32,000 bases of DNA from contig NZ_CP025989.1 of assembly GCF_003072485.1 (NCBI RefSeq), positions 90,001 to 122,000 on the forward strand, read 5' to 3'. Below, piece by piece: positions 1 to 7,766 of the stretch; the stretch's first letter is position 1, and each line of letters begins with the position of its first letter. A model generated the notes under the pieces. It was given only the letters and a program-made list of their open reading frames with translations, had not been told where the DNA came from and did not search any database. Made by a program: the position numbers and the translations under genes. The DNA comes from Candidatus Fokinia solitaria (GTDB taxonomy: Bacteria; Pseudomonadota; Alphaproteobacteria; Rickettsiales; Midichloriaceae).

Positions 1-94
1 GGTGTATGCTAAGCACAAAATAATAGTGGAAGATATGCAGACGAAAAGAAAGTCGGCGGATAATATCGTTGGACTCATGAACTCGAGATTGTTA

Positions 95-170
95 TGGTGA
101 TCCTGATGCGACTCGAACGCATGACCTACTGATTAAAAGTCAGTTGCTCTACCGACTGAGCTACAGGATC
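95..170 (-). tRNA. tRNA-Lys (anticodon UUU), 76 nt, CCA encoded
   Basis: Hand-folded cloverleaf on the minus strand. Acceptor GATCCTG/CAGGATC, D stem GCTC/GAGC, anticodon stem ACTGA/TCAGT with loop CTTTTAA (anticodon TTT). T stem ATGCG/CGCAT with loop TTCGAGT, discriminator A, then CCA. Confidence 0.9.
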
Positions 171-181
171 ACGGCAGTATC

Positions 182-207
182 TTGACACTACGAGTGGATG
201 GTATAAA
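182..207 (+). promoter_or_regulatory. Possible sigma70-like promoter facing the GHKL-nuclease ORF
   Basis: TTGACA at 182-187. TGgTATAAA (extended -10-like) at 199-207, so the spacer to TATAAA is only 14 bp. Motif match only. It would give a roughly 300-nt leader. Confidence 0.2.
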
Positions 208-423
208 AATATGGCTGACTTGTCTATATAATTCGGAAGTTTTCTGAAAATTTCCAAGAAGTTGCTTGGTGAACCGATTGGCGCTGAAGAGATGAGGAGA
301 GGAGGGGAGGAGATGATGGAGAACATGTAATTCTATTTTGTCTCTGAACTTTCGATGTCTTAAAATAACTCACCAAGCAGGCAGGGAGGGCTGTTTCCTT
401 CATGCGAGTTAACGATCATAGAC

Positions 424-446
424 TGTCACAGTTTGAAACTGTCTCA
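424..446. promoter_or_regulatory. Imperfect 23-bp palindrome (operator-like) upstream of the GHKL-nuclease ORF
   Basis: tgtcACAGTTTgAAACTGTctca. The core 7+7 arms are perfect (428-442) around centre g435, and the arms match 9/11 when extended. Lies 50-90 bp upstream of the candidate starts (496/535). A 7+7 palindrome alone is near chance expectation in 32 kb. Confidence 0.2.
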
Positions 447-495
447 AGTAGCGCTTTAGAGTATTTCTCATATCCGTTGAATTATTTGGTAGAAT

Positions 496-2553
496 TTGGT
501 AAATCGTACCAGATATGAATGTAGAGCGGATGATATGAGCTTTGAATTGCTAGGCACGCTGAATAGAGTTCGCAGAAAGAGTAATAAAGGATACGATGTG
601 CTAAGTCCTATTTATGAACTACTTCTCAATGCTGTCAATGCCGAATGTAATAACGAGAAGGTAGATAAAGATGTTACTATCGAGATAGAATACACAACGA
701 AGGAGATACATAAGAAAAAGTATATTAATTATATTAAAATTTCTGATTACGGAGTTGGATTTAGCGAAGACAATTTTCAATCATTCAAAAATCTGTACTC
801 AAGTACAAATCAAAAACTTGGCTGTAAGGGAGTAGGAAGATTTCAAATTATGAGATCTTTTCATCAGATCAAAGTTAAGAGCTTTGATGATAATAAAAGA
901 TTTTCTTTCGATTTAGCGGAGTGCAACTATAACCAAAACAACATAGAAGGATTTTCAGAGAAACAGAGCCTTAATAGTTGCGATGCTGAAGCGAAAAAAA
1001 CGGTAGTTGAATGTGTTTATGATATAGCGAAAAAGAATAAGGATTTTGATGATGCTATACCTATGGCAGCGCCTGATGAAGAGGACGTGAAGGAGAAAAT
1101 TTTTTCAAAATTACTACTGAAATTAATATTACTTAAGAAAAGTGAATTTTGCATCGATATTAAATTGCAAGGTAAAAGTTTCATTACAAATACTGATATT
1201 GACGATCTGTCTGATATTGAGCAATCTTTTACTATCAAGGATATTGATGATAAGTTTACAATCTATCATTTGGTGACTAACCGTATTAAAGCAAAAACGA
1301 ATGAATGTAGAAATTATATTACATATGTAGCGGATGCTGTTGAGGTGACGAAAGACACATCTTTTTTTCAAGGTAAATCAAAATTTTTATACGAAGATGA
1401 TGAGAAGAAGCGATATATAGGTATTATAGAAAGTGACTATTTAAATAAACATGTTTCAGATAATAGGGAGGAATTTGATATAAAGCAGGAGACTTTTGAT
1501 AGTATTACAGAGAGTTGCAATGAACAAGTTGAGCGTAAGCTGAAAAAGGAACTCGAAAAGTACTATTCTGTTCAAGAGGATAAAATTAATAGAGTAAACG
1601 ATATGTATCCATTCTTAAAAGTAAAAGATCGATGTTTTGAGTACAAGCCGGATGACACGGAGGATGATATAGCTGAAAAAGGTTACATTTATTTGGCAAA
1701 AAAAGGATTTAAAAGCTTTAATGGTCTTAAAGAAAGGCTACTACAGTTCAATGAGAAGATAGCAGATAACATAAAGGACAAACAAGGAACATTATTTCCA
1801 GAGACTTCTTTAAAAGAAGAAATTTGTAATATAGCTGACGCAATTCAGAATGTTAGGAAGGATTCTTTAGCACGCGCGGTAACAGAAGAGTATGTAATCT
1901 TGCGGTTACTCGAAGAATATATTAAGCAAGAAAGTAAAGAATCTTGTATACATGAGCTTGTCTTTCCAAGATTTAAAAAGTACAGTAACGAAGAAAAAGA
2001 AGCATATGATAAAGCCAATTTATGGCTGATTGACGACAAGTATATCGGTTATAACCATGAGTATATCGCTTCTGATCTAAAAATTGAAGACTTTGAAGTG
2101 GAACTATCAGACAGATCTGGGGCAGCGAATAAAGAGAAAAGAAAGAGGCCAGATTTATGTATATTCCAAGATAGTGAACACATCGAGCCAGTAGTGATAA
2201 TAGAGTTTAAATCACAATCATCACGAGAGCAAATAAAGCACGTTACTGACCAGGTCGAGGAGTATGCGAAGATAATCAGTGCAATGTCGAGTAATCGATA
2301 TTCGAGATTCACATTACTGATTATTCAGCCGATTGAAAAAATGGAATCTACTCAAGGTTATCTGAATGAAGAGGGCTGGACTATTTTGAAAGAGTCACAT
2401 CATTATATGAAGGTTCCGCAAGGTGTATATAATAACAAAAGAGAGCCAATACATCTAACGTATGAATTAATAAGTATAAAGAGATTTGCAGAATTAGCAA
2501 AAAAGCGCAAAGAGAAGTACATAAAAGCTTTAGGGCTAGAGCTGCCGAAATAG
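496..2553 (+). CDS. GHKL (Bergerat-fold) ATPase fused to a PD-(D/E)xK nuclease-like C-terminal domain; no recognised named family
   Basis: 685-aa ORF starting at TTG 496; the first ATG is at 535. N-box YELLLNAVNAE (E41, N45; nt 613-645). G1 box D84-Y-G-V-G88-F (nt 745-762). G2 box G109-CK-G112-V-G114-RF (nt 820-843). C-terminus: E487 in CIHELVFP (nt 1954-1956), P552-D553 in KRKRPDLCIF (nt 2149-2154), E570-F-K572 in VVIIEFKS (nt 2203-2211), then a QVEEY helix. The middle (about aa 130-480) is K/E/D/N-rich and looks helical. Confidence 0.8.
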   Translation: MVNRTRYECRADDMSFELLGTLNRVRRKSNKGYDVLSPIYELLLNAVNAECNNEKVDKDVTIEIEYTTKEIHKKKYINYIKISDYGVGFSEDNFQSFKNLYSSTNQKLGCKGVGRFQIMRSFHQIKVKSFDDNKRFSFDLAECNYNQNNIEGFSEKQSLNSCDAEAKKTVVECVYDIAKKNKDFDDAIPMAAPDEEDVKEKIFSKLLLKLILLKKSEFCIDIKLQGKSFITNTDIDDLSDIEQSFTIKDIDDKFTIYHLVTNRIKAKTNECRNYITYVADAVEVTKDTSFFQGKSKFLYEDDEKKRYIGIIESDYLNKHVSDNREEFDIKQETFDSITESCNEQVERKLKKELEKYYSVQEDKINRVNDMYPFLKVKDRCFEYKPDDTEDDIAEKGYIYLAKKGFKSFNGLKERLLQFNEKIADNIKDKQGTLFPETSLKEEICNIADAIQNVRKDSLARAVTEEYVILRLLEEYIKQESKESCIHELVFPRFKKYSNEEKEAYDKANLWLIDDKYIGYNHEYIASDLKIEDFEVELSDRSGAANKEKRKRPDLCIFQDSEHIEPVVIIEFKSQSSREQIKHVTDQVEEYAKIISAMSSNRYSRFTLLIIQPIEKMESTQGYLNEEGWTILKESHHYMKVPQGVYNNKREPIHLTYELISIKRFAELAKKRKEKYIKALGLELPK

Positions 2554-2676
2554 CTTATTTTAGCGAGTGTATTCAGCATTTTCGCAATTTCTGAATTCTC
2601 ATTTTGGATGGGTAGATTATCTTGATTACCCTAACCGTAAGCACAACTCGCCGTTACACGCGACCGTGCAGAGACT

Positions 2677-2751
2677 TGGCTCCCCGGGTTGGATTCGAAC
2701 CAACGGCCAAGCGGTTAACAGCCGCTTGCTCTGCCACTGAGCTACCGAGGA
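2677..2751 (-). tRNA. tRNA-Asn (anticodon GUU), 75 nt, CCA encoded
   Basis: Hand-folded on the minus strand. Acceptor TCCTCGG/CCGGGGA (one G-U pair), D stem GCTC/GAGC, anticodon stem AGCGG/CCGCT with loop CTGTTAA (anticodon GTT). T stem GTTGG/CCAAC with loop TTCGAAT, discriminator G, then CCA. Confidence 0.9.
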
Positions 2752-2843
2752 ATTTATGAGACATACATCATCTCACAATATAGAGTAGTATACGATTTTG
2801 AGTGTACGTTCAATTACAAATTAGCAAATTCACTTCTTAAATT

Positions 2844-3464
2844 CTAAAAACAAAAAATTTGCTCATTAAATCCGACAATATCTAGTGCAGCGATCGTTGG
2901 AATTACGTCAAAACATTTTTGTGCTACCTCCATTTTTCCATCTCTTATAAGGATCTTATTTAATTTCTCCACTAGCTTATGTAAATACAATACATCATAT
3001 GCAGCGTACTCCTTTTGTTCTTCTGTGAGGACTGCTTCTCCCCAATCCGATGTTTGTTGCGTTTTAGATAGTTTTACTCCGAGTAATTCTGCGCAAAGCG
3101 ATTTTAGTCCGTGATAATCCGTAAAGGTGCGTGACAACTTTGAAGCGATTTTTGTACAATATATATTCTTCATTGATATATTAAATGATTGCTGTAGTTT
3201 TGCTACATCAAATCTTGCGAAATGAAAGATCTTTAAGAGTTTTTCATTAGACAGGAGCGTAGTGAGATTGACCGCTTCTATATAGTCGTTTTTGCTGCGG
3301 AAATGCACGAGATGCACTTCATCTGTGCCGAAGCACAATTGCACTAAACACATCCTATCTCTCATTATATGCAATCCCATTGCTTCTGTATCAAGCGCTA
3401 CGGCAGTGTATTCATTCTCGAGTAGCGACGACGGTATATCGTTAATGTGATAGTGTACGATCAT
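2844..3464 (-). CDS. rnd: Ribonuclease D-like 3'-5' exonuclease (DEDDy domain only, about 206 aa, no HRDC domains)
   Basis: DEDDy motifs ALDTEAMGL (DxE), HFARFDV (D) and YAAYDVLYL (Yx3D). The start is placed at the internal ATG 3464 (MIVHYHINDIP...). The longer ORF to 3632 adds a low-complexity extension that overlaps gshA antisense. Confidence 0.75.
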   Translation of the reverse strand: MIVHYHINDIPSSLLENEYTAVALDTEAMGLHIMRDRMCLVQLCFGTDEVHLVHFRSKNDYIEAVNLTTLLSNEKLLKIFHFARFDVAKLQQSFNISMKNIYCTKIASKLSRTFTDYHGLKSLCAELLGVKLSKTQQTSDWGEAVLTEEQKEYAAYDVLYLHKLVEKLNKILIRDGKMEVAQKCFDVIPTIAALDIVGFNEQIFCF

Positions 3465-3531
3465 ACAAAAAGATTGACTAAAACAGTATCTAAGAGGAAG
3501 ATTATCATCCTTGTCTAGATTATAAAAAATC

Positions 3532-4770
3532 GTGAAAGAGTACAGTAAAATATGCGCTTTACTTTCTGAGAAGAAAGAAATGACTGCTAAGTGGTACAAA
3601 GAACTAGTTGATAGATACACTGCCAATGACATCGTTGTGCCTTTATATTACTCGATTGATTTCAGAGAGTCCTGCTATAAGAGTACCGTGGTAGATTGTA
3701 ATATGTTTCCTGCGGGTTTCATGCATGTACGGTATAATGAAGAAATTGTACAGGCATTTCAGAAGTATATTTCAGAATATACTGATAAGTTTCGTAAAAG
3801 TATATCAGCAATATATCTTATACCTGAGAACTTTACTCGAAACTCATTCTATATACGGAATGTTGTAAGATTGTCGAAGATTCTTCGAGAAGTGGCTTTA
3901 AGACTCAAGGTAGAGTTTTCTTTATTGTTGGACACTGATAACGAATTGTTATTTATCGAATTGCAAGATGCAATCATGAATTTTCGACAATTGCCAATTT
4001 TACAGTATAATACCACCATAAACGACGATGCTTTAATCATTTTGAATAAAGACCTTACAAATGGTATGTCTTCGATATTATCGTCTGCGAAGAGTGTGTT
4101 ACCTAATCCTCTATATGGCTGGTATCGCAGAAGTAAGTATAACTTTTTTCAAAAATATGAAGCGCTTGCAGTGGAAGTTTCAAAGATTCTGAATTGCGAT
4201 TCGTGGTTCTTTTGTTCGTTGATATCATATGTCTCAATGAGTGGAGATAGTTGGAAGAGTGAAAGCGAATCTTTAGCATTGGCAGTAGATTCTCTTATAA
4301 AAAGAATTAGCGAAAAATATGCATTATACGGGATTAAAGATGCACCTAAGGTATTTGTGAAATCAGACAACGGTACATTTGGTAGGGCGAATATTGCTGT
4401 ATTTTCAGGCGATGACATCAGAAAGCTTAATAAGAAGAATAGAGAAGAGCTTTATAAAAGCGGTATAGAAAATAACTTTGTAATACAAGAATGCGTGTAT
4501 AGCACTTTATGTAATGAAAACGAGAAGCTGTTTCTCTCATCATTAATGTCAGAGAATGCTTCGTGCGAACGTATGCTATATACTATTGGCGGACAGCATC
4601 ACGCCACTTTATTACGAACTAATACCAAAAAAGGAAGTGGCGAGAATCTGAATACTCCTGGAATGTCAATCGCAAATATAGACCATATACCTTACAGTAA
4701 TCCTTTGGAAGGCCTTATAGTACAACTTACTACTCTTGCTACTATGGAAGAGTTATCTTGTATATGCTAG
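3532..4770 (+). CDS. gshA: Glutamate--cysteine ligase, proteobacterial GshA family (Pfam GshA/PF08886-like, recalled from memory)
   Basis: Blocks recalled as typical of this family: DCNMFPAGF, LIPENFTRNSFY, GWYRRSKYNFF, KYALYGI, VFVKSDNGTFG, VIQECV, GENLNTPGM. GTG start at 3532; alternative ATG at 3580. Confidence 0.7.
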   Translation: MKEYSKICALLSEKKEMTAKWYKELVDRYTANDIVVPLYYSIDFRESCYKSTVVDCNMFPAGFMHVRYNEEIVQAFQKYISEYTDKFRKSISAIYLIPENFTRNSFYIRNVVRLSKILREVALRLKVEFSLLLDTDNELLFIELQDAIMNFRQLPILQYNTTINDDALIILNKDLTNGMSSILSSAKSVLPNPLYGWYRRSKYNFFQKYEALAVEVSKILNCDSWFFCSLISYVSMSGDSWKSESESLALAVDSLIKRISEKYALYGIKDAPKVFVKSDNGTFGRANIAVFSGDDIRKLNKKNREELYKSGIENNFVIQECVYSTLCNENEKLFLSSLMSENASCERMLYTIGGQHHATLLRTNTKKGSGENLNTPGMSIANIDHIPYSNPLEGLIVQLTTLATMEELSCIC

Positions 4771-4797
4771 ACTTCTACGTGTGAAGGAGCTTAATTC

Positions 4798-5247
4798 GTG
4801 AAAATGATACTGATACCATTAGATTATTGGATTTCAAATCTGATTTGGCTATGCATTTCTCTTGGTGCATTGTTTTTATTTTGTCATTTTGTATTTATTC
4901 CTAGACTTATGTATAGAAAGCGGCAAAGAGCGGATGTATTGCAGTCTAATGTCGCTTTAATAAGTAAGATCGAAAAAGAGATAGAGCTTATACAGGTACA
5001 AGTAGAGCAGGAACTGCATACTACTTCTCAAAAATGTAAAGATATCGATGCTAGCGCTATAATGAAAGCAAGGGACATAGTAGAATCTACTAGGACAAAG
5101 TTGAAGCAGCAGTACAGGGAGCGCTATATGAAAATGAGCGCAGAATTAACAGTGAGTGCAGAAGAATTACATAGTACTACTGATGAGTTAGTTAAGGACG
5201 CATATCTGCAAATTGTGGAAGAGTATCGCCTTAAATCACATCTCTAA
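4798..5247 (+). CDS. Small membrane-anchored coiled-coil protein, possibly ATP synthase F0 subunit b/b'-like
   Basis: One N-terminal TM helix (ISNLIWLCISLGALFLFCHFVFIP) followed by a charged helical region, as in subunit b. AAGGAG Shine-Dalgarno at 4784-4789, 8 nt before GTG 4798 (ATG at 4804). The 3' end overlaps the secD 3' end by 12 nt. The function call is weak. Confidence 0.45.
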   Translation: MKMILIPLDYWISNLIWLCISLGALFLFCHFVFIPRLMYRKRQRADVLQSNVALISKIEKEIELIQVQVEQELHTTSQKCKDIDASAIMKARDIVESTRTKLKQQYRERYMKMSAELTVSAEELHSTTDELVKDAYLQIVEEYRLKSHL

Positions 5248-6825
5248 TCTTTTCGCTTTTAAATTACTACACCATATTGCAGCGCAAAAGTACGTAGTAC
5301 CTACTGCTGTGAAGACAGATGATAGTATGCCTACAGTAATTGTAACTGCAAACCCTCTCAGCGCACTCATTCCGAATATGTACAAAGCGAGTGCTGCTAT
5401 GATTGTTGTGATGTTAGCGTCGAGAATTGTTCTCATTACCTGCGCATAAGACTTTTTAATCGTAGCAACGATATGTTTTTTAGAAATACTACCTTCTTCC
5501 GTTCTGATGTGACGAAGCTCCTCTTTTATTTTTTCAAAAATTAGAATATTTGCGTCAACTGCCATACCTAGAGTTAGTACGATACCTGCGATTCCTGGAA
5601 GCGTAAGTGTTGCATTCATAAGCGATATAATGCCAATTATGATAACAAGATTTAAGAACAAACTGATATTAGTAAAAAGTCCCCATATTTTGTAAAAGAG
5701 TATCATGAAAACTACGATACATAGCAGTGCAATGATAGTTGCGACGGTGCCAGAGTGTACCGATGCTTCTCCTAGTGTAGGACCTATTACCTTTTCTTCT
5801 ACTATTGTTAATGCTACTGGAAGACTACCAGAGCGCAGCATAGAAGCTAATTCGTTGGCACTTTCTAGTGAAAATGAACCTGATATCATACCATTTCCTC
5901 CACGTATAGGCTCTTTTATTGATGGCGCACTGATAATTCTATTATCGATGACAATTGCAATATATTTTCCTACGTTTTTAGATGTATATGTGCCGAATTT
6001 TTGCGCGCCTTCGCTATTTAAAGAAAATGATACTACATATTCACCACCATTACTCAGTGCTCTCGCATCAACTATCATAGAACCGTCTATAATAGGGCGC
6101 TTATAGACGTATAGTTTTTTCTGATCTATATCGTTATTCAAGAGAGGCAATTCTTCCATGGAAGTACTTCGTGTTCTCTGTTTATCTGATAAAACAACTT
6201 CTTTTAATTCAAGTTTTGCGGTAGTACCGAGTAATCTCTTGATACTCTGCATATCGTAGATTCCTGGTATATTGAGTAAAATTTTATTTTCCTGAAATTT
6301 TATCACCTCTATTTCTTTTGTCCCTGATTCATCAACTCTTTTTTTTATGATTTCTATAATTCTCTCTATCAACGATTCGGTAATTATTTGATTATGCTTT
6401 TCTGTAAGAGTGATGTTAATACCGTTTGTTGTTTCCGTTACGCATTGCGTACACGTAGTTTTTCCAAGATCTGAAACTAATTCTTTCAACTGTCTCTCAT
6501 CCAACTTTACACCTACGATTTGTAGTACGTTATCCTGTATATCTATACTCGAGTAGCTTATGTTATTCTTGTACAAGAAAGATTCAATATCCGTACTTTT
6601 AGACTCAAGAGCAGTCTTAATGTATGAATTAATATCGAGTTCCGCAGTGATGGAGATACCTCCTTTTAAATCTAACCCCATTGTGATTGGTGCAGTGATA
6701 AAATGCCTCTCATTATATTTGATACCTTTCGCATTTAAAAATGTAGGAATTGCACAATATGTAAAAAAGAAGCACACAAGACAGTAGAGTGTTAGCGACC
6801 ATTTAGAGTAATTCATTATTTTCAC
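5236..6825 (-). CDS. secD: Protein translocase subunit SecD
   Basis: 529 aa. N-terminal TM, GLDLKGG motif, large periplasmic domain, and C-terminal multi-TM RND-like block (GPTLG..., LPGIAGIVLTLGMAVDANILIFEKIKEE). No adjacent secF. Confidence 0.9.
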   Translation of the reverse strand: MKIMNYSKWSLTLYCLVCFFFTYCAIPTFLNAKGIKYNERHFITAPITMGLDLKGGISITAELDINSYIKTALESKSTDIESFLYKNNISYSSIDIQDNVLQIVGVKLDERQLKELVSDLGKTTCTQCVTETTNGINITLTEKHNQIITESLIERIIEIIKKRVDESGTKEIEVIKFQENKILLNIPGIYDMQSIKRLLGTTAKLELKEVVLSDKQRTRSTSMEELPLLNNDIDQKKLYVYKRPIIDGSMIVDARALSNGGEYVVSFSLNSEGAQKFGTYTSKNVGKYIAIVIDNRIISAPSIKEPIRGGNGMISGSFSLESANELASMLRSGSLPVALTIVEEKVIGPTLGEASVHSGTVATIIALLCIVVFMILFYKIWGLFTNISLFLNLVIIIGIISLMNATLTLPGIAGIVLTLGMAVDANILIFEKIKEELRHIRTEEGSISKKHIVATIKKSYAQVMRTILDANITTIIAALALYIFGMSALRGFAVTITVGILSSVFTAVGTTYFCAAIWCSNLKAKRLEM

Positions 6826-6828
6826 TTA

Positions 6829-7755
6829 TTAAAAATTCACCTTAGATACATATACTGACCAGTTATTTCGAGTTTTCCTTAACTTCTTTGCTTCCAATAA
6901 TGCTACTCTTTCGGTTACAAATAATCCAAAACATGCAGAACCAGTACCTGTCATACTGTAATATACGGCTGAAGTTGAAGCTAACGTCTTTAATATGTCT
7001 GATATCTCAGGATATAAAAGAACTGCCGTCTTCTCAAGATCGTTACCAATAGCGAATACAAAATCTTTTCTTATTTCCGGTGTATTTCTCATTTCGAGAA
7101 TTTTCTTGTCATACGTTTTATCCGCTTTTTTCAATACAAAATGTTGATATACGTCACTTGTATTGCAACTGAAATTAGGACACACTATGACTGCATAGTA
7201 GCGATAATACGGAGTGAGTTTTATAAGCTTCTCTCCTTTATGTCTGCCTAATGCGCATCGATAATTACGTGTAAAAAACGCAACATCTACTCCTATTTTA
7301 TAACTGATTAGCACGATATCTTTGATGGTGAGATGCTCTAAGTTCTCATATAGGAAACGTATTACTGTAGCAGCATTGGAAGAACCGCCGCCAAGCCCTG
7401 CACCGATAGGAATCCTTTTTTGGATCTTAATTCTCATTCTCGATATCAGATCTATAACGTAGTGTTGTTTACCATATTGCGCCTCTAGTAACTTCAGTAT
7501 TTCCATTACTGCGCTAAGTATAAGATTATGCTCTACACTTTCGATGCTTTCCCCGGTATCTGAGAACATGCTAATGCTAGCAGGAGAAAATTTAGACCTT
7601 CTTTTGTTAAATGTTATCGTAATTGTGTCAAACAGATTAATCTTCGCAAGCAATGTGCATACTTCGTGATAATTATCTGGTAATATGTCGCAAATTTTAA
7701 GGAAGAGATTCAATTTAGCGTACGATTTTGCTATGTATTCTTTTGTTATATCCAT
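6829..7755 (-). CDS. ispE: 4-diphosphocytidyl-2-C-methyl-D-erythritol kinase
   Basis: AKLNLFLKI N-terminal motif and GHMP kinase loop IPIGAGLGGGSSNAA. Stop is 3 bp before the secD start, so an ispE-secD operon is likely. Confidence 0.9.
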   Translation of the reverse strand: MDITKEYIAKSYAKLNLFLKICDILPDNYHEVCTLLAKINLFDTITITFNKRRSKFSPASISMFSDTGESIESVEHNLILSAVMEILKLLEAQYGKQHYVIDLISRMRIKIQKRIPIGAGLGGGSSNAATVIRFLYENLEHLTIKDIVLISYKIGVDVAFFTRNYRCALGRHKGEKLIKLTPYYRYYAVIVCPNFSCNTSDVYQHFVLKKADKTYDKKILEMRNTPEIRKDFVFAIGNDLEKTAVLLYPEISDILKTLASTSAVYYSMTGTGSACFGLFVTERVALLEAKKLRKTRNNWSVYVSKVNF

Positions 7756-7766
7756 TGCAGTACATA

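Noticed and set aside
44-58. gaaagtcggcgg string reminiscent of the RNase P RNA GGAAAGUCCGGGC core
   Set aside because: The match is imperfect (it lacks the CC), sits at the window edge, and has none of the flanking P4/P2 context. Probably chance.
1-78. Open minus-strand frame running off the left edge (ATG at 78-76; MSPTILSADFLFVCISSTIILCLAYT...)
   Set aside because: Only 26 hydrophobic codons are visible. It could be the start of a membrane protein gene, but that cannot be supported or identified from this fragment.
126-326. 66-aa minus-strand ORF from the ORF track
   Set aside because: Its 3' third is simply the tRNA-Lys gene read as protein, and the rest is low-complexity S/P/I-rich sequence from a purine-rich tract. 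There is no coding support.
283-327. Purine-rich tract (gaagagatgaggagaggaggggaggagatgatggagaacatg)
   Set aside because: Eye-catching, but it is short and unique in the window. It encodes only a 12-codon peptide (ATG 292 to TAA 328), and I have no functional model I can support. It is mentioned only as part of the upstream spacer.
496-2553. Possibility that the 685-aa GHKL protein is simply MutL, HtpG or a GyrB/ParE fragment
   Set aside because: It lacks the AAGEV/GFRGEAL boxes and the C-terminal metal-binding endonuclease motif of MutL. It lacks the Hsp90 GQFGVGFYS box and the middle and C-terminal domains. It lacks TOPRIM. The C-terminus instead shows a D...ExK nuclease pattern.
3465-3632. 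N-terminal 56-codon extension of the rnd ORF
   Set aside because: It is low-complexity, has no counterpart in RNase D, and overlaps the gshA 5' end antisense. The internal ATG at 3464 gives a domain-sized DEDDy protein.
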